The notes beneath the pieces are model-generated. The model had not been told where the DNA came from. It worked only from the letters and a program-made list of their open reading frames with translations, and made no database searches. Made by a program: the position numbers and the translations under genes. From the NCBI RefSeq assembly GCF_965263005.1, contig NZ_OZ253579.1:1731668-1795667 (forward strand): a stretch of DNA of 64,000 nucleotides, given 5' to 3'. Source of the stretch: Candidatus Rariloculus sp. Lineage in GTDB: Bacteria; Pseudomonadota; Gammaproteobacteria; Steroidobacterales; Rariloculaceae. Shown here in pieces: positions 36,819-44,831 of the stretch (positions are counted from its first letter, which is position 1; every line of letters starts with the position of its first letter).

Positions 36819-39382
36819 CTAGAAACGGTACCTGAATTCGACGCCGACCTGACGAGGCACGCCGACGTTCACCAGCGTGATCGCCGGCGGCGCGTTTCCC
36901 CTGGGGTTCAGCGACGCAATGCCGGTGAACACGTACGCCGGATGGTTATCGGGCTTGTATGGGAACACCGTGTTCGATGTGCCTCCAGCCCATGCCGCGC
37001 CACCAGTGATGTATTCCTCGTCGGCACAGTTGGTGCAGTACAACGATGCGTTCCAGGTGCCATCCGGCGGCGTGTAGCCGACGCGCAGGGTGAGCAGATC
37101 GTATTCCGGGATTCTAAGTGTCGTCGAATCCTGTCCGCTTGAGTTCTGCTCGTCTTTGTAGGCATAGTCGATCGATGCTCTGATGATCGCACCCGAGTTC
37201 AGGTCCCAGGTGTTGGATAGGCCGAGGTTGTAGCCGAGATCCGGGGCACGGCTGAAGTTGGAGTCGAACTCGACCCCCGACGTGAGATTCAGGATTTCAT
37301 CCCAATTGGCATCCAGCGTGCCGGCGCCGAGCTTGAACTGGAGCGAGTCGGTCAGAAGCGCCTGAAGCTCAAGCTCGACGCCCGAAATCTCGGCCGAGCC
37401 GACGTTGATCGTACAGCGCCTGGCGCACCGCGTGTCAGCGGTCACTGTAAGCTGCTTGTCTTCGTAGTCCATCTGAAAGTACGTGACGTTTGCGCGCAGG
37501 CGGCCGCTTGCAGACTCGATGCGCGTTCCAATCTCGTAGTTCCAGACTTCCTCGGGCTGAAACGGTGTATCGATATCGTCCGGCTGATCGTTCGTGCCAC
37601 CGGACTTGAAGCCCTTCGAGGCCGCGGCATACAGCATCACGATATCGGTAGGCTGCCATTCGAGCGCGACGCGCGGTGTCACCGACTCGAACGTATCCGT
37701 GCCGGAAAGTGTAGCGGCAGCGGCGGACGGGACGATGTTCTCGTTGGCATCGAGGAAACACGGATTCGTGGCTGTACAGCCGCCGTAAGTGTCACCATCC
37801 GGGTTAACGTACAGTACATTTCGACCCCCCCGTCGATCGATATCTCGATAGTTCGAGTTGTTGTCCGGGCCGTTAGGGTCTATTGCGTGGATTTCGAACA
37901 GTCGCCGATCGAGTTCGGCGTCGAAAACACCGAGGTTGTACGCCGCGTACGACTTGTCGTCTTCGGTCCAACGCGTGCCGAGCGTCAGCGTGAAATTCTC
38001 ACTGAACTGCCAGTCCACCTGAGCGAATATGCCGGTGCTATCGGTTTCCTCCTGTGCGTTTGTGAGATGTTCGAGTGCGCCCCACTGGAATCCGCCCGCC
38101 CATCGGTAATCCTTGTTCGACAATAGCCTCAGGCCAGGTTCTTCGACCGAATAGTAGAGCCCCGCGACCCAGTTGAGTCGGTCGCTTTCCGAGACGCCAT
38201 TGAGCTGAAACTCCTGCGACCAGAAGTCGCTGAAGTTGTTCGTGCCGCCATCGAAGAACGATTCGGCGTACATGCTTTCGTCCGACTCGCGTTGCTCAAG
38301 TGTGTCCATGTCGCGCCAACCGGTGATCGAGCGCAATGTCAGCCGGTCGGAAATGTCGTAGGAAATGTCGAGCGTGACACCGGTGCTCTCGGCCGTGGTA
38401 AAGCCGATAGGGCCGGTTCCTGCAACGTGGTACAGGCTGTCCGGGATCGACGGTGCGTAATGTTCGGGTGTGCCCGCCGGAAAGATCGTTTGATAGGCAG
38501 CCAGATTCGAGATGCCGCCAGTAAAGATTGGCGCCCCGGTGTCGCCCTCGATTTGGGGAGTCGCCGGATCATCCCAGCCGCCGTTGAAACCGAAGTAATC
38601 GATCAACTTCGATGCGCCGCCATTCGATTCCGACTCGCTGCGGTTGATGTTGATGTCGATCGTCAGGTCATCGGACGGCTGGAACCGGAATTGCGCAGAG
38701 AAGTAGTCCGTATCGTCGGCACCAAGCCCCGCGCCGTCGGACAGGCGCTCCAGATAACCGTCGCGTTCCAGATGCGAATAGGCGAAGCGCGCGGCGGCAT
38801 TGTCGCCAAGCGGCAGTTGATGGCTGCCTGAACGTTTGCCCGGTCGTAGTCGCCCAGACCGACCAACACGTCACCGGAGACACCGCCGCCGATGTCCGGC
38901 TTGACAGTCACGTAGCGGATCGCGCCACCGGTCGAGTTTTTGCCGAAGAGCGTTCCCTGCGGACCGCGCAGCACTTCGACTCGCTCGACGTCGAGGAGTC
39001 GCAGGAAGTTGGTGAACGGACGCCCGTAATACACGTCATCGATGTAGACACCGACGGCGGGATCGAGCACCGGACTGATGCGTGCCTCGTTGATGCCGCG
39101 TATCGAGAACTGGGCGCCCACGTTGGCACGGCCGGTGCCATCGCCGATGCTCACGTTCGGTACGAAATCGGCCATGGCCTGAGGATCGCTGATCCCGAGG
39201 CGATCTAGTGTGTCGGCCGACAACACCGTGATCGCGACCGGTACCGACTGCAGGTCTTCTTCTCGTCGCTGAGCGGTGACGAGGATTTCTTCGAGGACAC
39301 CCGCCTGTCCAAGCGCAAGCGGTGTGTAAAGAGGCACGGATACGGATGTCGCAATGGCAACGCTGAGCAGGCGCAGTTTCAT
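36819..39382 (-). pseudogene. TonB-dependent receptor with a single frameshift (or sequencing error) near 38815
   Basis: ORF 38663..39382 carries the signal peptide plus plug (EEILVTAQRREEDLQSVPVAITVL...LRGPQGTLFGKNSTGGAI). ORF 36819..38606 carries the barrel, ending ...VGVEFRYRF. After ...VQAAIN the family-like sequence LPLGDNAAARFAYSHLERDGYL continues in another frame. Confidence 0.85.
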
Positions 39383-39552
39383 AAGAGGCTCCCCACCGAA
39401 ACTGAAAGGTTTTCGATTCGATTCACGTGCCTACTAATAGCCAAACGAGGGATCGATCGCACGGAAAAAAGCTCTAATTGAAAGGAAATAAAGTGAAAAG
39501 TATCTGACTTGGGCAACAAGGAAGTGTAATAATATAGGGCGTTTCATTAGAG

Positions 39553-39567
39553 TTTTCTTGGAGAAAA
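39553..39567. promoter_or_regulatory. candidate LTTR box (T-N11-A dyad)
   Basis: TTTTCTtggAGAAAA, with perfect 6-bp arms. Lies in the AT-rich divergent spacer between the TonB receptor (39382) and the LysR gene (39614). Confidence 0.3.
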
Positions 39568-39613
39568 GATAAACGCGAGCGTACCGCGCCGCTGCGCTAT
39601 CGAGACTGTTTGG

Positions 39614-40915
39614 ATGACAGCAGAACACAGACCGGACTTGCCGGAAGCTTCTGAGAACGCGTTGAGTTTGCGGCACTTGTCGCGGGTTGTCTGTCTCGCG
39701 GAGTTTCACAACGTGGCCGAGGCTGCCGATCATCTGAGTTGTTCGCCGGCCGCCGTAACCAAATCCGTCAAGGAGATTGAAGGCATCCTCGGCGCCTCAC
39801 TGTTCGAACGCGTTGGCGGGGATTACCGAACGACGCTAGCGGGCGACATACTGAGCAGGCGGGCTCGTCTGGCTCGCGAGGCCTACCGACAGATCGACCG
39901 TAGTCTTGGCAATCCGGTTCGCCTCCCACTGCCGCCGATCAGCAACAAGCGCGGAACCGCGTTTCTCGCGGCCTTTGCCCATCGCAACCTGGACCAGGCC
40001 GCTCGCGAGATCAGGGTCACGATCAGCGCGATTTACGGCGCCATTTCAAACCTTGAGAAGTTCTTCTCGAGAGATCTTTTCGAGAGATCGAAGCACGGTG
40101 AACTCGTGCCGACGCCGTTCGCTCACGAGCTTGCGAAGGCGCTGAAGCTGGTCCGTGCTGAAGTCCGTTTTGCGGTCGAGGAGGTCGCTAGCCTGGCATT
40201 CGGTCCGCGCGGCAAGGTGCGGATCGGAGTCTTGCCCAGAGCGCGCGAGTATCTCTTGCCTCACGCCATCAACAAGCTCATTTCCGATTACCCGGAAGTC
40301 AACGTTCGTGTGCTGGATGCGCCGGGGCCGAATCTATTGCGCGCCGTGCTGTGCGGCGATCTTGATTTCATAGTCGGACCATTCAAGCCGAAGTCAAAGG
40401 AATCCGGTCTGGCGATGGCTCCGCTGGTGGTCGATCACTTCATCGCCATTGCACGACAGACCCATCCACTGGCGAATGCGGTTCGGCCAAACCTCGCTGA
40501 GGCCATCGCCAACTATGGATGGGTGGTCGGCGTTCCGCGCAGCATCGGCAGGCAGATTTTCCGGGAAATCCTCGCCGATCACGGGCTCAATGAGCCGCAA
40601 CAGCTAATAGAATCCAACTCCTTCTCACTGATAAGAGGCTTGTTGCTCGAGAAGGACTGGATCGCGTTGTCAACTGTTGCCGAGTTCTTCAACGCACCGG
40701 AATTCGGACAGCTCACGACACTGGATCTGCATTTATCACTCGGTTCGCAAGCCGATGCGGACCTGCCCATTTCGGTCCTGAAACGAGCCAATACGACGTT
40801 ACCTCCCGCGGCTCAGGTCACACTCGAATATGTCCATGCAGTTGCTGGTGAGATCAGGGCCGATCTCGAACGAGCGCGAACGCGGATGTTCACGCGGCTT
40901 GAGAGCGTCAAGTAG
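39614..40915 (+). CDS. LysR-type regulator with two tandem N-terminal wHTH domains
   Basis: 433-aa ORF. HTH-1 LRHLSRVVCLAEFHNVAEAADHLSCSPAAVTKSVKEIEGILGASLFER. HTH-2 FLAAFAHRNLDQAAREIRVTISAIYGAISNLEKFFSRDLFER. A single LysR substrate-binding domain follows (KVRIGVLPRAREYLLPHAI...). Confidence 0.8.
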   Translation: MTAEHRPDLPEASENALSLRHLSRVVCLAEFHNVAEAADHLSCSPAAVTKSVKEIEGILGASLFERVGGDYRTTLAGDILSRRARLAREAYRQIDRSLGNPVRLPLPPISNKRGTAFLAAFAHRNLDQAAREIRVTISAIYGAISNLEKFFSRDLFERSKHGELVPTPFAHELAKALKLVRAEVRFAVEEVASLAFGPRGKVRIGVLPRAREYLLPHAINKLISDYPEVNVRVLDAPGPNLLRAVLCGDLDFIVGPFKPKSKESGLAMAPLVVDHFIAIARQTHPLANAVRPNLAEAIANYGWVVGVPRSIGRQIFREILADHGLNEPQQLIESNSFSLIRGLLLEKDWIALSTVAEFFNAPEFGQLTTLDLHLSLGSQADADLPISVLKRANTTLPPAAQVTLEYVHAVAGEIRADLERARTRMFTRLESVK

Positions 40916-40939
40916 GGGTCACGCACGGAGTAAGCGACT

Positions 40940-41938
40940 ATGAATAACAACCGTGTCTCGTTTTTGTTGTGTGCCTGCGCTTTGCTGAGCGCACGGGCTG
41001 CAGTTGCTCACCACTCACATGCCAACATCGACCCTGAAGATATTCAGCGTCACACGGGCGTCGTGATGGAGTTCGGCTGGACCATGCCCCACGTTTACAT
41101 AAAGGCGATGGCGCCGAATCCGAACGGTGAACTCGTCGAGTACAGCATCGAGTTACTGCACCCGCCGGGTATGGCACAACGTGGATGGTCGCGCGACAGC
41201 TTCAAGCCGGGCGATCGCATTACTTGGGAAGGACCGGCCGATCGTGACCCGAATCGCTATTACTCCGGCCTTCGGTGGGCGGAGACCGGCAGCGGCGAGC
41301 GCTTGTCCATGGAGAGGTCGGAGTTGCCGACGGAGCCGTCCACGGACTTCAGCGGTATCTGGGTTCGGTCCCTCGGTGGTGCGCGCCCGGATTATCAGCC
41401 GCCGGCGGACTGGCCATACACTGATTTCGCGATGCCGCTCATCGCGAATTTCAACGAAGATCAGAATCCTCAGCTCGATTGTCAGAACCCCGGACCGCCG
41501 AAGTCGACGCTGCTGCCTTACCCGATAAGGATCAGTCGACCGGACGATCAGACGATCGTGATGGATTACGAGCTGCGCGAAGACCCGCGGATCATTACTT
41601 TTGACGCTACACGGGAGCCCGGCGACCCATCAAAGCTCGGGTACTCCGTTGCCAGGCTCGACGGCACCGCGCTCGTGATCGAAACGACCAATTTCGCTGC
41701 CGATCGTTGGGGCATTCAGACCGGCGTCGATTCCAGTGAACAAAAACATCTCGTTGAACGGCTGACGTTCGAGCCGGACGGCCTTGCGATCAACATTGAG
41801 ATGACCGTTACAGATCCGGTGTATCTGGAGGGGCCGGTGGTCGTCAATCGCAGATATGTGAAGGTGCCGGATCGGGAGCTGATCGTGGTCGAGTGTACGC
41901 GGGAGAGCGCTCGCCTGTTTCTCGAAGGTGGGCTCTAG
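40940..41938 (+). CDS. secreted fusion protein: A|HH module + two-Cys module (family member P3)
   Basis: 332-aa ORF. Signal ...SARAAVA|HHSHANID...WTMPHVYIKA...QRGWSRDSFKPGD. C-terminal part LDCQNPGPP...GYSVARLDGTALVIETTNF...KHLVERLTF...VVECT. Confidence 0.8.
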   Translation: MNNNRVSFLLCACALLSARAAVAHHSHANIDPEDIQRHTGVVMEFGWTMPHVYIKAMAPNPNGELVEYSIELLHPPGMAQRGWSRDSFKPGDRITWEGPADRDPNRYYSGLRWAETGSGERLSMERSELPTEPSTDFSGIWVRSLGGARPDYQPPADWPYTDFAMPLIANFNEDQNPQLDCQNPGPPKSTLLPYPIRISRPDDQTIVMDYELREDPRIITFDATREPGDPSKLGYSVARLDGTALVIETTNFAADRWGIQTGVDSSEQKHLVERLTFEPDGLAINIEMTVTDPVYLEGPVVVNRRYVKVPDRELIVVECTRESARLFLEGGL

Positions 41939-41969
41939 GGCCACAGCGACTCAGAGGAGACTTAGCAAC

Positions 41970-43211
41970 ATGCGAACTGTACTTCTTCGCTTTCAAGCGG
42001 CAGTTGCCGTACTGGCAGGAGCGTTCGTCGCGCCCGGTGTCACGCTGGCGCACCATTCGGCTATCGCATTCGACGAGACTCAATTCGTCGACGTGACCGG
42101 CACTGTCACCACGTTCATCTGGCGAAATCCTCACCTGATCGTGCATGTCGAAACCGAAGGGTCCGATGGCGAACCGGAGGTCTGGCCGATCGAAGGTCAG
42201 AGTATCGCGATGCTGATTCGAGCGGGATTCGACCGCGACGTGGTGCACGAAGGCGATCGAATTACGGTCAAGGTGTATCCGATGAAGAATGGGGAGCCGG
42301 GCGGGCTGCTGCAGGGTCTCATTTCTGCCGACGGAACCGCGTATTCGATGGACAGTGCAGATGCGCCGGAAAGGCGGCGCCAACCCGTGCCGTCTCTCGT
42401 TGCTTTTATTCCACCCCCGGAAAGGGAAACATGGCAAATGCGAGAGGAGAAGACGCGGCCGCCGAATCTGCCAATCGTCTCTGATGGCACGGGCACCGGA
42501 GACTCCGAGTCCGCGGGCCTGATGTCGGGAGCGCTCGACCCCGACAACCTCGCCAGGGAACGACCCGTGCCGCCGTTCGACCTGACCGGTGTCTGGCAGT
42601 TTCGCGGCGAGGATGAATGGCGCGCGAACTACGGGTCATACGAATTCAAGCCCATGCCCGAACTGACCCCGAAAGGCCAGGCATTCTACGACGCCTATAT
42701 GGAGGCCGCAGCGCAGGGGGATCGCTACTTCGACCCGACCGCGGAGTGCTACCCGGCCGGGATGCCGCGACTCATGACTCGCTATGGCTCCCTCATGATG
42801 CTGCAGTATCCGACTGTGATCTTCATGGTTTCGCGACTCAGTAACGAGTATCGCGTGATCTTTCTCGACGGTCGCGAGCGCCTGCCCGGTAGCCGACTGG
42901 ATCGCAACTGGAGCGGCGAGTCGCTGGGATACTGGGAAGGTGACACACTCGTCATCGAAACAGAAGGGTTTACGGACGAGAATCATCTGATGCAGGCTGG
43001 TGTCATCACGGGCACCCAGCTCAAGATCACCGAGCGATACCGATCGATCAACGATGGAAATACGCTCGTGATGGACTTTACCTTCGAGGATCCCGAGCAT
43101 TGGGTTGGGGAGTGGAACCACATTAAGTTTCGGGATCGCGTCCTGCGTTCCGACATAAAGGAAGCGAACTGCATACCGGCCGACAATCTCGCGCTACCGG
43201 GCCTGGGCTGA
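41970..43211 (+). CDS. secreted fusion protein: A|HH module + two-Cys module (family member P4)
   Basis: In ORF 41928..43211. GAGGAGA RBS precedes ATG 41970. ...PGVTLA|HHSAIAFDETQFVDVTGTVTTFIWRNPHLIVHVE. C-terminal part AECYPAGMPR...YRVIFLDGRE...ESLGYWEGDTLVIETEGF...ITERYRSI...EANCIP. Confidence 0.8.
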   Translation: MRTVLLRFQAAVAVLAGAFVAPGVTLAHHSAIAFDETQFVDVTGTVTTFIWRNPHLIVHVETEGSDGEPEVWPIEGQSIAMLIRAGFDRDVVHEGDRITVKVYPMKNGEPGGLLQGLISADGTAYSMDSADAPERRRQPVPSLVAFIPPPERETWQMREEKTRPPNLPIVSDGTGTGDSESAGLMSGALDPDNLARERPVPPFDLTGVWQFRGEDEWRANYGSYEFKPMPELTPKGQAFYDAYMEAAAQGDRYFDPTAECYPAGMPRLMTRYGSLMMLQYPTVIFMVSRLSNEYRVIFLDGRERLPGSRLDRNWSGESLGYWEGDTLVIETEGFTDENHLMQAGVITGTQLKITERYRSINDGNTLVMDFTFEDPEHWVGEWNHIKFRDRVLRSDIKEANCIPADNLALPGLG

Positions 43212-43227
43212 GCGCGGGAGGCGCATT

Positions 43228-43638
43228 GTGACCTTTGCAAGGGCACTACAGTTTTGCGGCATCGCGCTGTGGTCCGGATCGGTGGCGTTCGCCCAGGATG
43301 TCGCACTGACCGACATGGGTGTCTGGTTTCTCGGCGGCGAACGGGTTGAGGTCACTCGAACCGCAGGATAACGCGATGTTGCCGACTAAAATGTCGACAA
43401 CCACATCGTTGTAACGTATTTCGTGCCGGCGACCTCCGAGGTGAAGCCCGCTGTCGTAATGACGCCCGGCATGGGATTGCGTTCAGATATTTTTCTGAGC
43501 ACGGCAGACGGGCGAACCGGTTCGGCGGTTGACTTTCTGCGACGTGGGCACGCGGTGTTTCTCGTGGAGCGCGTGCATACGATGGCTGCAGGTTTCCCGA
43601 CGGGTACCGCGGACAACATTCTGCTGCCAGGACTATGA
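43228..43638 (+). pseudogene. alpha/beta hydrolase, N-terminal part, broken by stops and 3'-truncated
   Basis: GGGAGG RBS plus GTG 43228. Signal peptide VTFARALQFCGIALWSGSVAFA, then a stop at 43369. The family pattern continues in another frame (HIVVTYFVPATSEVKPAVVMTPGMGLRSDIFLSTADGRTGSAVDFLRRGHAVFLVE) and ends at the IS remnant. Confidence 0.55.
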
Positions 43639-43673
43639 GACCGGGTTCTTCAATGCTTATCGTCAGCTCGTAA

Positions 43674-43970
43674 TCAAGCCGGGCCACCCGATTGCTCTGC
43701 GTCTTCGGACAGGGCCAGGTCGACGATCGCCGACGTGGTTTCCTCAGGGATCTTGTTCCACGCCCGGCGCGGTCGAGGCGGGCGGTCCGCCAACGCCTCC
43801 ACGCCGCCCTCGGCATAGCGCCGGTACCAACCGTAGAACGTGGATCGGGGAATGCCCATAGGCGCCAGCGTGCGTCGCACCGACACACTGGAGCGTTCCA
43901 CCAATTTAATAGTCTCGAGCTTCTCCGGGGCCGTGTACCTCATATGCCGGCCTCCCCATCCGCGAGCGGC
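43674..43970 (-). mobile_element. IS remnant: N-terminal HTH part of an rve-type (IS3/IS481-like) transposase
   Basis: Within ORF 43674..44363. MRYTAPEKLETIKLVERSSVSVRRTLAPMGIPRSTFYGWYRRYAEGGVEALADRPPRPRRAWNKIPEE..., then it diverges. No integrase core. The same 5' end recurs at 30392-30433. Confidence 0.7.
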
Positions 43971-43974
43971 GAGG

Positions 43975-44336
43975 TCATTGGCATCGCAACCGAGATCGAA
44001 GATTTCCCTGACGGCGGCGGACCGGGCAAGTATTGGGACGCGCATTGGACGGTTATGGTGCCCGGTGTCGGTTCTCTGTACGGCTACGAGATCGAAACAA
44101 TCGTGGCAGATGAGTTTGAGGAAACCATGCAGATGCTCGCCGATGAGCAGTGGACCGGCAGTATCGAGCGCAGGATGACTTCGGGACCCTCTCCTGATGG
44201 TTATGGCGTGATCGTCGGAGGTACGGGCGCCTGGGAAGGGGCGACGGGCAGGTTCGCGGAAGTCATCCACTTCAGCCAGGCAGCGCCGGATGCCGAGCGG
44301 GTAGTGCAGATGGGACTTCGCTTTATCCTCGAGTAG
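43975..44336 (+). pseudogene. 5'-truncated gene, dirigent/allene-oxide-cyclase-barrel-like C-terminal part (tentative)
   Basis: C-terminal ~120 aa of ORF 43692..44336: EVIGIATEIEDFPDGGGPGKYW...GVIVGGTGAWEGATGRFAEV.... The GGTGxxxGAxG ending is typical of that fold. The upstream part of the ORF is antisense IS sequence. Confidence 0.35.
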
Positions 44337-44831
44337 CGATAGCGTTAAATCGATCTCGAGCACACGTCAACAATCGAAAGCTGACGCGCGAAATCGGCCA
44401 TACAGACGCCTCGTGCGCGCCGCCCGGTAGAGTGGTTCAGTTCAGCCGTCGCTGCAGGCGTAACCGCTGCTCGTGCCCCGCGGGTAAGCCGGGAGTCTGC
44501 CATAGACCTGCGCGGCCAGGCCGTGGGCGAAATCCAGCGTCACCTTGAGCGACAGATACGAATAATGCAGTAGCGACCTGGCGGCATCGGGGCCGTCCTT
44601 CAACCACACGTCCGGCGCGGCCTCGCCTTCGACGGCCTGCCTGTTGCCGCCATTCTGGCACGATTGTACCGATACGTGTCTATACTGTCGGACGGTAGAT
44701 GCCACGTTGGCTGGGGGCTGGCCTTCCGTGGCTTGCCATCTGCGGTCACTGGTGACACGAAGCGACTCCGCCGACCGCGGAGAAGAACTGGTCTTTCAGC
44801 GGACGGCAGGGAATTAACGAGGAGAGAATAC

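Noticed and set aside
44442-44705. 87-aa minus-strand ORF (…CQNGGNRQAVEGEAAPDVWLKDGPDAARSLLHYSYLSLKVTLDFAHGLAAQVYG…) between the decay zone and the MBL-fusion gene.
   Set aside because: Codon usage looks coding-like, but I see no start context, signal or recognisable family. It is possibly another gene fragment and is not reported as a feature.
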